Below the pieces are notes generated by a model that had not been told where the DNA came from, did not search any database, and worked only from the letters and a program-made list of their open reading frames with translations. A program made the translations under genes and the position numbers. 64,000 bases of DNA, taken from the IMG/VR virus record IMGVR_UViG_3300010357_001332; one strand, 5' to 3'. The stretch comes from a virus. Its lineage: Duplodnaviria > Heunggongvirae > Uroviricota > Caudoviricetes. Positions 1 through 9,577 of the stretch are shown piece after piece; positions within the stretch are counted from its first letter, which is position 1; each line of letters starts with the position of its first letter.

Positions 1-308
1 CTTTCTTTCCAATGCGGTATATATACTCTAATTTCTCTATTAAATAGTCTAGCACCTAAACCAAAATCATCTATAAATATCAGATGATGTGTTTTTCTAT
101 ATAACTTATAAGCTAGAAGGAATGAACATTTCTTTACATCTATATATACTACGTCACCTTGTTTAATCTTAATAGAAGAAATATTATTTTTTGCTATTGC
201 TTTAAAAGAAGGGTATTTGGCAATGTGATCTAACGCTCTTTTATAATGTCCTGTACCATACCTTTTGCATACAGGAGCATATATATAATATGCATTAAAT
301 ATTTTCAT
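1..308 (-). CDS. hypothetical protein (partial; runs off the window start)
   Basis: Open minus-strand frame whose ATG at 308..306 overlaps the sigma gene's stop as ATGA; no stop in the window. Confidence 0.4.
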   Translation of the reverse strand, partial: MKIFNAYYIYAPVCKRYGTGHYKRALDHIAKYPSFKAIAKNNISSIKIKQGDVVYIDVKKCSFLLAYKLYRKTHHLIFIDDFGLGARLFNREIRVYIPHWKE

Positions 309-994
309 GCTGCTATATCCTTTCCTTCTAATTTATAAGTTTTAACTAAATACTTTCTTAAATGTTCAAGTATTCTAACTCTATTTTTTTCTATATAACT
401 AATAGAGATACCAAGCTTTTGAGAAACTTGAGGATAAGATAATCCTTCTACATGATACGAAAGAATTAATTGTTTATCCTTTTCTGATAGAGTATTTAAA
501 GCAGAATCCAGCATTCTCATATCTTCTTCTTTCATGAAATTTTCTTCTAAATCATTTTTAGAATGCTTATCTACATATTCTAGAAAACCAACTATATTAC
601 TTTCTATACTTTCTGTAGAATAAATATGTTCTCCTTCTTCGTTCTTAGATCGAGAAAGAGTACCTTCTTTTCTTAATCCATCTATTATCGCACCAGATAG
701 CCTTTTAGAAGCATAAGTGCTAAAAGTATACCCTAATGTAGGATTATATTGTTCTACAGCATGAATTAATCCTATATAAGAATGCGATAGAATAACACTG
801 GGATCTGCAGTAAAGAACTTTCTTGACATAATCTCTGCAGTCTTTTTTGCTAATTGAATATTATCTACTATCAATTCATTACGAAGATCTATATCTTTTG
901 ATTTATAATAAGCAAACCACTTATCATTTATTGTCATCATAATCCTCAAAAAGATTATATTGGATATTAAATTCAACATCATTTTTGGACCCAC
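305..994 (-). CDS. sigma-70 family RNA polymerase sigma factor (FliA/SigF-like, group 3/4)
   Basis: Region-2-like block YIGLIHAVEQYNP..STYA and region-4 HTH LSYPQVSQKLGISISYIEKNRVRILEHLRKYL. Confidence 0.7.
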   Translation of the reverse strand: MGPKMMLNLISNIIFLRIMMTINDKWFAYYKSKDIDLRNELIVDNIQLAKKTAEIMSRKFFTADPSVILSHSYIGLIHAVEQYNPTLGYTFSTYASKRLSGAIIDGLRKEGTLSRSKNEEGEHIYSTESIESNIVGFLEYVDKHSKNDLEENFMKEEDMRMLDSALNTLSEKDKQLILSYHVEGLSYPQVSQKLGISISYIEKNRVRILEHLRKYLVKTYKLEGKDIAA

Positions 995-1076
995 AAGACG
1001 GACAAGTGGAATCTTTTATTTTTGAATTCCAACATCTTTCACATTTATTACATCTATAAATATATTCTTCCATATA

Positions 1077-1463
1077 TCATACCTTCTTTTTTGGAAATTG
1101 AACTACGCTTGGTTCTTCTCTGCTTATAATACAATTTTCAAATTTAGCTTGTTCTCTTTTAAACTTTTTAACAAGAGATGCTTTGTCACTTTCTTTTTGA
1201 TTTTCAAGATATTTTGGAACAGCAATTTTCATTTTATTTATAGTGCTATCTCTTTTGGCAAGAGCTCTTTCAAAAGCAATAGATTCACCCAATTTTTCAT
1301 CATATGTATCACCATCAATAATATTAAGCTTGGCGGTACCTACATAAATTCTATCTAGATCATAATCAAGAATCCAGCATTTAGTTCTTGGTCTAGCTGT
1401 AAGATAATGTCTAAAATTAACAAAATAAAGTCTACCATTTACTGTGTATTTAAAGTAATTCAT
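1077..1463 (-). CDS. hypothetical protein
   Basis: 128-aa ORF in the minus-strand operon. Confidence 0.45.
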   Translation of the reverse strand: MNYFKYTVNGRLYFVNFRHYLTARPRTKCWILDYDLDRIYVGTAKLNIIDGDTYDEKLGESIAFERALAKRDSTINKMKIAVPKYLENQKESDKASLVKKFKREQAKFENCIISREEPSVVQFPKKKV

Positions 1464-1714
1464 TTTTCTACCTCTTCCTCTTGTTTTTCTTCTTTTCTTT
1501 TAATTATAGGTTTTCCCCAAATATTAGAATTAATTATTTTCACTAAAAGCTCAAAAATTAATATTGCAGGGCTAATAAGTGCTATAAGAACAAGAATAGC
1601 TAATTCACCTAAAGAGATAAATTCTTTATCTACTAACTCTTTTTTAATCGTATTATATAAATAGACACAGGCACAGATAAACCAAATCAATAAAAATATT
1701 TTAAACATATTCAA
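1460..1714 (-). CDS. small membrane protein
   Basis: 84 aa with two hydrophobic segments; 4-nt overlap with the upstream gene. Confidence 0.4.
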   Translation of the reverse strand: MNMFKIFLLIWFICACVYLYNTIKKELVDKEFISLGELAILVLIALISPAILIFELLVKIINSNIWGKPIIKRKEEKQEEEVEK

Positions 1715-1734
1715 GCTCCTTAGATTTTAAATTC

Positions 1735-1835
1735 AAATAAAAAAAGTGATCCGATACTTTTAGGGGTGCAGGAGGTCTTTGAGATGAACTAAAAATTGGA
1801 GGGTTTTTGTCATTTCAAGTATCGGACCACTTTTA
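1735..1835 (-). terminator. long imperfect hairpin plus T-run (terminator-like, possible sRNA)
   Basis: 17-bp inverted repeat AAAGTGATCCGATACTT / AAGTATCGGACCACTTT around a 57-nt GC-richer loop, followed on the minus strand by TTTTTTTATTT; lies downstream of gene 1865..2119. Confidence 0.4.
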
Positions 1836-1864
1836 AATTTATTATATAAATAATAAACTATTTC

Positions 1865-2119
1865 TTATTTACAGCACGCATTACTTCCATCACAATTTGA
1901 GGGACCTGTCATACAAGTTTTACCTAAACTTGCACAATCAACTACTGGTTGACAATTGGAAGGCTCTAAACAAACTATAACTTTATCATTGCTATCACAA
2001 CCCAAAGAAACAGAACCAGTTACATTAGTAACTAAGAAAAGAGGTATTTCTTTTTCTGCATCACAAGCAGCAAATATAACAAGACAAATTATTACTAAAC
2101 TCATATAAATTTTTTTCAT
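1865..2119 (-). CDS. cysteine-rich secreted protein/lipoprotein
   Basis: Signal peptide with FAAC lipobox-like motif; 10 Cys in 84 aa. Confidence 0.45.
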   Translation of the reverse strand: MKKIYMSLVIICLVIFAACDAEKEIPLFLVTNVTGSVSLGCDSNDKVIVCLEPSNCQPVVDCASLGKTCMTGPSNCDGSNACCK

Positions 2120-2120
2120 T

Positions 2121-2543
2121 TTATTTAAATCTCCTCGATTGATTTGCTAGTAATTTATGCCAAAATTTTGTTGGAAGAAATATATTTTCTATTGTAGCTG
2201 CTTCTTGAAACAATGGAGATATATCCTTATGTGAGTGCCCTGCTAATCCACAACCTATTTCTGTTACTAAGAAAATATTTTCTGGATGTTGCTTTGCATA
2301 TTGTATAAATCTATCAACATATACTTTAATCTTCTCAATAGTCAGTTTATTAGAGATAGAAGCATTTACTGTAGGAATACCATATGTTCTACCTTGAATA
2401 CCCTCACCTTGACCATATTTAGCACCCCAAGACATAGCAGTTTTAGCAGCACCCTTTCCATGTCTACCAGAAATGTTAGATCCAAAGACAAAGATTTCAT
2501 TTTCTTTGAGTTCAGTAATGTTATTTGGTGTTATTCTGTTCAT
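2121..2543 (-). CDS. Rossmann-like SLOG/LOG-family protein (tentative)
   Basis: Gly-rich motif FVFGSNISGRHGKGAAK...GQGEGIQGRTYGIPT; family assignment uncertain. Confidence 0.35.
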   Translation of the reverse strand: MNRITPNNITELKENEIFVFGSNISGRHGKGAAKTAMSWGAKYGQGEGIQGRTYGIPTVNASISNKLTIEKIKVYVDRFIQYAKQHPENIFLVTEIGCGLAGHSHKDISPLFQEAATIENIFLPTKFWHKLLANQSRRFK

Positions 2544-2717
2544 TTTCTATACCACACAGTAACATCACTAGGCTTCATTGGAATATACTCTACTGTAATA
2601 TTTATAACATCCTTCGCAGAACTTTTATACTCTTCTAGAAATTTATTTATTTTATTTTCAGCTACTGCATTAAGTACTGCTCTAAATGTTATAGATTGTA
2701 TCTTCATTAATTCTATT

Positions 2718-2942
2718 CTATTTTTTAATTATTAATATTGCTATTACTAAAGCTAACACTATAAGCACAGACATTAGCATTAATTGATTGCCAGTATTTA
2801 CGTCAATACCCAACGATTGTTGTACTTCAGATTGTTGTACTTCAATAGATGTTTTCTGATCTACATAATTGTTTTGTGTAGTATTGTTATCCTTCCAAAC
2901 ACTTAAAGGATGCATAGGATGCCATACATCTGTCGATTCCAT
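2718..2942 (-). CDS. small membrane protein (C-terminal TM)
   Basis: 74 aa with a hydrophobic C-terminal helix. Confidence 0.35.
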   Translation of the reverse strand: MESTDVWHPMHPLSVWKDNNTTQNNYVDQKTSIEVQQSEVQQSLGIDVNTGNQLMLMSVLIVLALVIAILIIKK

Positions 2943-3164
2943 ATTATTCTAAATCTCCTTTTGTTTGAAGGTAGCATTTTATTCTTTATACCATAGAGTA
3001 GCATAAGTTAAATCAGAATTTGATGAAATATTGATAATATTTTCAATTGGAATATTCTCTACGTCAATAATATTATTTATCATTTCTTCCCTACTTTCTT
3101 GATTTGTTCCTGAACAGTAAAGACTGCAAAATCTTTTACATTTTATTTTCATGGTATCATACCT

Positions 3165-3548
3165 TTAACACATATCTTGTACTAAATATTTACATTTTTC
3201 TAGATTCTCTATATGCTTAATAACATTTTTAACTGGTATATTCAAATATTCAGAAACAGAAGAAGCAGTAGTAGATCTTGTTGTTTTCCAATCTACTATA
3301 CAATTATATACTGATTCTTCTTCTTTAGAGCTAAAGTATTTATTTTCATGTTTTATTGGATATCCACGAGTTTTAAATTGCTTCTCACATAATTTTTCAA
3401 TCTTACTAAAATCTATCTTTGTAATAGTATAATCACTTTCTATACCAGATATATCTCTTTTCCATTTAGGCCATAAAGATATTTCTTTTGCTGCTTTGTA
3501 GATGTCTTTTATTATATCATTCATTTTACTATTAGATAAATAATCCAA
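3165..3548 (-). CDS. hypothetical protein
   Basis: 127-aa ORF. Confidence 0.45.
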   Translation of the reverse strand: MDYLSNSKMNDIIKDIYKAAKEISLWPKWKRDISGIESDYTITKIDFSKIEKLCEKQFKTRGYPIKHENKYFSSKEEESVYNCIVDWKTTRSTTASSVSEYLNIPVKNVIKHIENLEKCKYLVQDMC

Positions 3549-3697
3549 AATATTAAATATACAATTATGTCTATTAATAAGAAAAATAAAGTAAGCATAC
3601 CACTAATTATATCAGCAACAAAATCTCGTTTTGGAACAATGCATATAATAAGTACAGCTATTAATATAAAAATGCTTGTTGCTATAAATGGAATCAT

Positions 3698-3958
3698 CTA
3701 CTTACACTCCTTACAATAAGCAATACCTTTACCACCATTAACAAGTTCTTCTACAGGAACAGATCTACCACATTTAGAACAATTACTAAATCCTTCAACT
3801 AAAATAGGTCTTAATTCACCTTGTCTCCAATTTTTACAATTTAAACCTTCTTCTTCAGAAAAAGATTTCTTCATACCGTAATCACCATTAGGATGAAAAC
3901 AATGATAGATACTAATAAAGACGCAGTTATTACAATGTTTTATTTCTTTAGAATCCAT
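3698..3958 (-). CDS. zinc-ribbon protein
   Basis: CNNC...CSKC..CKEC cysteine pairs. Confidence 0.4.
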   Translation of the reverse strand: MDSKEIKHCNNCVFISIYHCFHPNGDYGMKKSFSEEEGLNCKNWRQGELRPILVEGFSNCSKCGRSVPVEELVNGGKGIAYCKECK

Positions 3959-4112
3959 TTTAAAATTTCTATCTCTCTATCTATTTTAATGTATTCATCA
4001 AAGTTAAAAAAAGGACTACCTATATTTTTATAAGATCCATCTTTTAATTTTTCTTGTAATTTCTTTATTCTATCTTTAATTTGTTTTTCAGTTTTCATAT
4101 TTTATCTTTATG

Positions 4113-4185
4113 CTCTGGTGACTGGGTTCGAACCAGTGACCATTCGGTTAACAGCCGAAGGCTCTTCCAACTGAGCTACACCAGA
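4113..4185 (-). tRNA. tRNA-Asn (anticodon GTT)
   Basis: Reverse complement folds canonically: acceptor TCTGGTG/CACCAGA, D-arm GCTC-AGTTGGAA-GAGC, anticodon stem TTCGG/CCGAA with loop CTGTTAA, T-arm ACTGG-TTCGAAC-CCAGT, discriminator G. Confidence 0.8.
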
Positions 4186-4190
4186 ATATA

Positions 4191-4526
4191 TTATACACCT
4201 ATTTCTTTTACTTCAGCTTCCAGTTCAATTTCTTTCTTTTTGAAATACCAATCTATACCTTTTTTACTAAAATATACTGCTAATCCAGAGATACTTGTTA
4301 TAATAGCATCTATAATGATATTTCCTGTATGAATTTGTATTCCATTAGATGTAACTTCTATAGATGAAGAAGTTTCTTTTTTTGCATCTTTCATCATATA
4401 TATTTCATGTGTTATTTCTGGCTTTGATTTAAAGAAATAGGAGTGATTTATCACTCCTATTCCTAATCCACCAAAAATAATTATTAAAAACGAAGAAAAG
4501 TATATTACTCTCTTCTTGATTTTCAT
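4191..4526 (-). CDS. membrane-anchored protein
   Basis: N-terminal TM helix; 111 aa. Confidence 0.45.
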   Translation of the reverse strand: MKIKKRVIYFSSFLIIIFGGLGIGVINHSYFFKSKPEITHEIYMMKDAKKETSSSIEVTSNGIQIHTGNIIIDAIITSISGLAVYFSKKGIDWYFKKKEIELEAEVKEIGV

Positions 4527-5260
4527 ACCGCTCCTTCTTCAAATAGAGTATTTTGCTCTACTTTCTTTTCAGATTTCTTATTTTGAATTTTAATAGGCTT
4601 ATATTTAATAGTTACAAGTTTAGATTCCCTAATTATCTCACGATATTGTGAAAGTTTGGCTTCTAACTGGGGCATATGCCTCTGAATGATAAGCATATTT
4701 TTGTCCCAAAGATCTGCAGTATATTCATTTTCCACTAACTCAATAGAATGACCGAATTTGTTAAACCTCTCCCAAACTTTTTCAAAAGAACCTTCATTTA
4801 AAAGAGATAACTGATAAATACAAAGTGTTTTTCCTGTCGCAGTTTTGTGCAAAAGCTCCCCTGACAGTTGAATACCTAAAGATGGAAGAAGAAACTTTCT
4901 TTGTTCTTCATTATCACCTACAATAGTATCTTCAAACAATCTTCTACCTTCTAAAATGCTTTGAAAGATAGTAGAGCAATATAAAGCTGTTCCAATACCT
5001 TGTCTTCTATATTCTGGAACAGTTCCAACACTACCAAATTTCAAAATATGACTTTGAGGACGTCCAGCAGCCATCATTGCACCAAGAATATTACCAGAAG
5101 TATCTTCACAATGCCAGCAGCTGATAGTATTTCCTTTTATTTTATCTTTAATTCCCTCAAGAAAAGTAAATCCACCGAGAGCACAACTAATTTTGGGATG
5201 ATTAAATATTAACTGTACTTTTTCAGCTTGCGATGATTCACTAATACAAATCTTATACAT
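4523..5260 (-). CDS. GNAT family N-acetyltransferase
   Basis: Acetyl-CoA-binding motif A-like RRQGIGTALY. Confidence 0.5.
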   Translation of the reverse strand: MYKICISESSQAEKVQLIFNHPKISCALGGFTFLEGIKDKIKGNTISCWHCEDTSGNILGAMMAAGRPQSHILKFGSVGTVPEYRRQGIGTALYCSTIFQSILEGRRLFEDTIVGDNEEQRKFLLPSLGIQLSGELLHKTATGKTLCIYQLSLLNEGSFEKVWERFNKFGHSIELVENEYTADLWDKNMLIIQRHMPQLEAKLSQYREIIRESKLVTIKYKPIKIQNKKSEKKVEQNTLFEEGAV

Positions 5261-5283
5261 GATATCTCCTTTAAAAAAGAATG

Positions 5284-5358
5284 TGGAGACGTGAGGTCTC
5301 GAACCTCAGTCCATGCTAGACTGTAGTCTAGCCGCTCTCCCTGTTGAGCTACGCCCCC
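5284..5358 (-). tRNA. tRNA-like gene with non-canonical anticodon arm (isotype undetermined)
   Basis: Canonical acceptor GGGGGCG/CGTCTCC (two G-U), D-arm GCTC-AACAGGGA-GAGC and T-arm TGAGG-TTCGAGA-CCTCA. The anticodon-arm position holds the perfect palindrome GCTAGACT-AC-AGTCTAGC, a 7-8 bp stem with no 7-nt loop. Confidence 0.5.
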
Positions 5359-5396
5359 GATATGCTTAATTATATGAATTGGATAGAATTACTCTA

Positions 5397-5720
5397 TTAT
5401 TTTTTTTCATCGACAGATTTATTATCTATCAATGCTAATCCTAATAAAGCACTCTCTAAAACGGTGATTTTATTATGTGGAAGTTTTAATTCATATATAT
5501 AATTGATAAATTCAACTACTTCATGAATAAAAGTAGAATATCTCATAGCAGGAGGAGCAGATTTGTTTATTAGAATTTCTAATGTAGCAAATCTGGCTTC
5601 TCCCATATCATTATCTATCTTTTTACCATTAACTAATTTAACTGTAATAACATGAGGTCCAATAATAATTCTTTTTGGTACCTTATTTCTCTTTACACTA
5701 TTTTTAGTTATTCTTATCAT
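5397..5720 (-). CDS. hypothetical protein
   Basis: 107-aa ORF with overlapping stop/start to the neighbour. Confidence 0.45.
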   Translation of the reverse strand: MIRITKNSVKRNKVPKRIIIGPHVITVKLVNGKKIDNDMGEARFATLEILINKSAPPAMRYSTFIHEVVEFINYIYELKLPHNKITVLESALLGLALIDNKSVDEKK

Positions 5721-6103
5721 ATTTTAATTTTTGTTCTTTCTGTTATTGCAGCAGTTTCATGATTTTTTAATATTTCTGGACAATCTTCTTGTTTTAATAT
5801 ATATTCTCGAATTGCTCTAATTGATTCTAAATCTATCTTTTTTAATTCTTCTTTTGCTTCTTTATCTGCTATATCTGCTAAAACATCCGGAGTAAAAATT
5901 TCATCTTTAGTTTTTTCTACAATTTTTTCTCCATCCCATTTTAATTTATAGTAAGTATCTTCTGTAAATAAATCTAAATTAAAATGTCTAGTTCCTTTTT
6001 CATTAACACATATATCATCTTTTTCTGGTTGTTGAAAAGCATCAGAAAAAGCTGCTACAATCGTATTACCCTGTAATCTTATATAATGTTTGTTATAATC
6101 CAT
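5717..6103 (-). CDS. hypothetical protein
   Basis: 128-aa acidic ORF. Confidence 0.45.
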   Translation of the reverse strand: MDYNKHYIRLQGNTIVAAFSDAFQQPEKDDICVNEKGTRHFNLDLFTEDTYYKLKWDGEKIVEKTKDEIFTPDVLADIADKEAKEELKKIDLESIRAIREYILKQEDCPEILKNHETAAITERTKIKI

Positions 6104-6116
6104 TGATTAATACCGT

Positions 6117-7250
6117 TTATAATTCGCATTCTAATGTATAATGAAATTGATAAAAAACGCCAGAGGTTAAACCTTTACCAGAATCTAATAATGATCTACA
6201 TGCAACAGCCCCAACAGAAAGAGCAGTAACAGAAGTTCCAATATCTACATCGACAGCCGTTGTTACTTTGTTAGCTGTCCCATTAGTAGAATAGATCGTA
6301 ACAGTAGGAATATCTGCCATTCTTTGCCATTCAAAACCTGCCATTGCATTAGTCGCTCTAGCCTGTCTTTGAACAGAACCATTTACTGTATCTGTACCAG
6401 GTGGATCTGCCAAAGCGTATGATTTTTTATATCTTCGTTCACATGCTTGTAAATCTGATTCATATGTTCCACCAAAAGGCTGATACGGAGCAGCTTCTGT
6501 ACCCTCATTCAATACAACTCCTGTCAACCAAAAGTTATTGTCAGTAGAATCAGTTCCATTAACTTGATTTGAGGTTGCAACATAAATTCCGTTTTGCCAA
6601 GTATTAGGTGTTGTGTAATAATCAGAACCAATTGCTAATGTAAAATTAACAGTTAAACCAATACCATTAGTATAATTCCATGTTCCGTCTGAATAGTCAA
6701 AGGTTACTGTTATCGTTTTATATTCCCATGTTTCTGTTTCATTAATTGTAAATTCTGAGACATACGATCTATCAAATCCCCTGTTAAAAAACGAAACACA
6801 ATATATACCTACTTTTGTGGCTTTTACCCAAAAAGATAGTGTTGCTGTTTTTCCCACAAGATTTTTAAATACATATCCTTCAATATGTTGTCTAAAAGAT
6901 GTTCCATCTGTAGCTGCAATAGATGTATCAGCAGTAGTGCAATCTAGTTTAACGCTTTTTGTAAAAATAGAATTTGAAGGAACATCAGTATCTTGGGTAA
7001 CCGTATGTGCAGCAGCACCAGATTTATGATATTTCCATCTATCGAGAGTATAAGTACCATTAGCAACAGAAGAAAAACTAGTACCACGTTGTGCTATATC
7101 CATAGCACCATTTATTATATAATTTTTAGAATCAAAATCTGGATATGTTTCGATGATAGTAGCTAATTCATCTGCTACATCTGACCACTCATTTAAAGGT
7201 TGATGTCCATCTACGTTAAATGCATGTTGGAGATCTTCTAATAAACCCAT
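6117..7250 (-). CDS. putative virion fibre/structural protein (Thr/Ser/Gly-rich)
   Basis: 377 aa, T/S/G/N-rich with beta-rich composition; visibly higher GC than its neighbours. Confidence 0.3.
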   Translation of the reverse strand: MGLLEDLQHAFNVDGHQPLNEWSDVADELATIIETYPDFDSKNYIINGAMDIAQRGTSFSSVANGTYTLDRWKYHKSGAAAHTVTQDTDVPSNSIFTKSVKLDCTTADTSIAATDGTSFRQHIEGYVFKNLVGKTATLSFWVKATKVGIYCVSFFNRGFDRSYVSEFTINETETWEYKTITVTFDYSDGTWNYTNGIGLTVNFTLAIGSDYYTTPNTWQNGIYVATSNQVNGTDSTDNNFWLTGVVLNEGTEAAPYQPFGGTYESDLQACERRYKKSYALADPPGTDTVNGSVQRQARATNAMAGFEWQRMADIPTVTIYSTNGTANKVTTAVDVDIGTSVTALSVGAVACRSLLDSGKGLTSGVFYQFHYTLECEL

Positions 7251-7255
7251 TATAT

Positions 7256-7534
7256 TTAGTTCTTCTCCGCAGTAATTGTTATATTACTATCACTATACGA
7301 TGTTGTATATGTATCTACATCATTTGTAGTAGCATTTGAATTCCATGGAGATGTATTGGTATAAACCCACGGATATGTTGTAATGGTATATGGATAATAT
7401 TTATCGTATATCTCTTTCAATTTGTAATATAAATCTCTTGCCTCATTATTATCAAGAGTAATCTTCTTTCCTTTACCCATCTTAATCGTAACTTTAATTT
7501 CAACAGATTGTTCTTCTTTCTTTTTTGCTGTCAT
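7256..7534 (-). CDS. hypothetical protein
   Basis: 92-aa ORF. Confidence 0.4.
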   Translation of the reverse strand: MTAKKKEEQSVEIKVTIKMGKGKKITLDNNEARDLYYKLKEIYDKYYPYTITTYPWVYTNTSPWNSNATTNDVDTYTTSYSDSNITITAEKN

Positions 7535-8001
7535 TTCGTGTTCTCCCTTCCATATAAGTCTTTTATTCGAAAAATATCTGACTCATCGTTGATACCAAAA
7601 GCCAGATCTAGAATTCTGCCGTAACTACGATTTCCTATATAAGTTGCTCTGTGTACTACAAACTCATGAAAACCAAATTCATCTCCTTCATTAGCTTCTA
7701 CTGTAACTAGATTATCTTTTAAAAACTCTTCTAATTGAACTATTCTTTCTGCTTCATTAGGATTATCTATTATAGTTTTAGGAACAGGTTTTATACTATA
7801 ATCTATGATGAAGCTATCATCTAAAAGCAAATAAAATTGTGCCCTCTGAAAATGATACTGCAAGGATAGTTTTTCTTGGGGCTTAATATATAAAATTTTT
7901 GAAGTCGAGATTACATTGTCTGCATAAAGTCCAAAATGCCCCCAAGGCCTGTGAATAACTTCACTTTTAAAGGGAGCGACACATTTATCATTTAATTTCA
8001 T
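7531..8001 (-). CDS. cupin-domain protein (mannose-6-phosphate isomerase type II-like)
   Basis: HRPWGHFG...KILYIKPQEKLSLQYHFQRAQFYLLL matches the PMI-type cupin signature (RPWG...PG..LSLQ.H..R.E.W). Confidence 0.5.
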   Translation of the reverse strand: MKLNDKCVAPFKSEVIHRPWGHFGLYADNVISTSKILYIKPQEKLSLQYHFQRAQFYLLLDDSFIIDYSIKPVPKTIIDNPNEAERIVQLEEFLKDNLVTVEANEGDEFGFHEFVVHRATYIGNRSYGRILDLAFGINDESDIFRIKDLYGRENTK

Positions 8002-8344
8002 TTCTTTTCCTCTTTACTTCTTCATACCAAGCTTGTTTATATTTTCCAACATGCTCTTCTAATTCAGTTAACTTGCTATTTAAATAATCAAGAACTTCAG
8101 ATTGAGTTTTATATTCTAATCCTGTGTAGATTTCATAAGGACACTTCTCTACTTCTTCTAAAGGTTTACAAGTACCAAAACCTTTACTAGCTTCATAGTG
8201 GTACTCAGTAAATAGATAGTTATCTCCAAATTTAAATCTACTGATAATAAATCCATTAGTTTCTTTATTAAAGATACCAAGATAGGCATTTCTAGCATTT
8301 ACAATGTAAAGATATCCGTCTTTACATTCGTTCAAAGGAATCAT
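7988..8344 (-). CDS. hypothetical protein
   Basis: 118-aa ORF. Confidence 0.4.
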   Translation of the reverse strand: MIPLNECKDGYLYIVNARNAYLGIFNKETNGFIISRFKFGDNYLFTEYHYEASKGFGTCKPLEEVEKCPYEIYTGLEYKTQSEVLDYLNSKLTELEEHVGKYKQAWYEEVKRKRNEIK

Positions 8345-8577
8345 ATTATCACTCTTACATATTTATTATTAACTTTAATTTCTTCTTGTAAGTCAAAGAT
8401 AGGAACTTGTTTTAAATCATGATAATCTTTTTCTAGTTTATTAACTAGATCTTCATAATTGGATCCATTCTTTTTTGATTTCAAAGAAAGTTTTCTAAGA
8501 GTCTCCAATGTCTTTTCTGTTAGACCTCTTTTACCTACTTTATTTCTCCAATTAATTGTAACAAACGATTGTCTCAT
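8341..8577 (-). CDS. hypothetical protein
   Basis: 78-aa basic ORF. Confidence 0.35.
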   Translation of the reverse strand: MRQSFVTINWRNKVGKRGLTEKTLETLRKLSLKSKKNGSNYEDLVNKLEKDYHDLKQVPIFDLQEEIKVNNKYVRVII

Positions 8578-8795
8578 TAATTCTTCTCCGTTATAGGTCG
8601 TTCAGATTCACCTTCTAGTATTACAGGGGCATCTGCTTTTAAGCTAATTACTAAATTTTTAGTTCTAGAAACGAAATCCATTTCCCAACAAATATATTCT
8701 ACATCTTGAAGCTTTTCACCCTTATCAGAAACAACATAAGTACCATCAATTGTACCATCAGAAATAACTTTTAATCTCATTTTAAAAACCTCCAA
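8577..8795 (-). CDS. hypothetical protein
   Basis: 72-aa ORF. Confidence 0.35.
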   Translation of the reverse strand: MEVFKMRLKVISDGTIDGTYVVSDKGEKLQDVEYICWEMDFVSRTKNLVISLKADAPVILEGESERPITEKN

Positions 8796-8974
8796 TTATT
8801 TATATAGATTAAAAAAGAAGAATGTAAAGATACTAACCGAAATTTCTTTGGGCCAAGATCGGAACACTATCTCTATACCAATCGATCGTATTGATAGAGC
8901 CTCGGTGGCCACTCATTCTGGTGGAGTCCCCTTCCAAACATAAGCGTATCTCTAGGCCTTAGTACATTCTTCAT

Positions 8975-9065
8975 TGGCAGTGTTGGGCCTCGAACCCAAT
9001 GTATCCCAGAACGGACTCGAACCGCTTCTTCACCTCGTCAGGTGTGACAACCCAGTCTCACTGCC
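8975..9065 (-). tRNA. tRNA-like element, 91 nt, no recognisable anticodon loop
   Basis: Perfect 7-bp acceptor GGCAGTG/CACTGCC and T-arm TTGGG-TTCGAGG-CCCAA. The interior carries a CACCT-GACG-AGGTG tetraloop hairpin and a second T-arm-like hairpin AGCGG-TTCGAGT-CCGTT instead of an anticodon arm. Confidence 0.35.
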
Positions 9066-9076
9066 TAATACCTATT

Positions 9077-9550
9077 TTATTTATACCAATAGGGTGTTCC
9101 CCTATTCCCCCAATCTGCTAAATGTTGCTTTTCTTTCATATAATAATTTCTGTAACTTTCTACTGGATCATCTGTTTTGCAATAATCAGGCATTGCTAAT
9201 GCAAATGGAGTTAATTCTTTATCTGGTAATGCTAATATAGTAACTGGTAATCCATATAATACTTTTACTGCACCATGATGAGTATGATTTGGATGATTAA
9301 ATCTTAATCTCCATTCTTTCTGTAATTGTATTGTTAAACAATACAACCAAAAGAAATTTTTTCTACTTTCCATTACCCATTTAACACAAGGATGATTCTT
9401 ATGCGTTATTTTATAACCTATATCCAGACCCGATAATCTACAGGCAGTAGAAATGATCTGAACAGATTCTGTTATCATTTTTACGAGATGACGGTTATTA
9501 TGATATTGTGCACATTTCTCCAAATCATAATCTAATATAAATATATTCAT
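9077..9550 (-). CDS. hypothetical protein (weak resemblance to T4 endoV-type pyrimidine-dimer glycosylase)
   Basis: N-terminal MNIFILDYDLEKCAQYH..HL and C-terminal ..TPYWYK loosely recall DenV MTRINL..ELADQHL..TWYKYY. Confidence 0.25.
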   Translation of the reverse strand: MNIFILDYDLEKCAQYHNNRHLVKMITESVQIISTACRLSGLDIGYKITHKNHPCVKWVMESRKNFFWLYCLTIQLQKEWRLRFNHPNHTHHGAVKVLYGLPVTILALPDKELTPFALAMPDYCKTDDPVESYRNYYMKEKQHLADWGNRGTPYWYK

Positions 9551-9577
9551 AATATATATTGAATATAATTTAAATTC

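Noticed and set aside
8974-9240. 88-aa plus-strand ORF
   Set aside because: Overlaps the tRNA-like element 8975..9065 and the 3' end of minus-strand gene 9077..9550.
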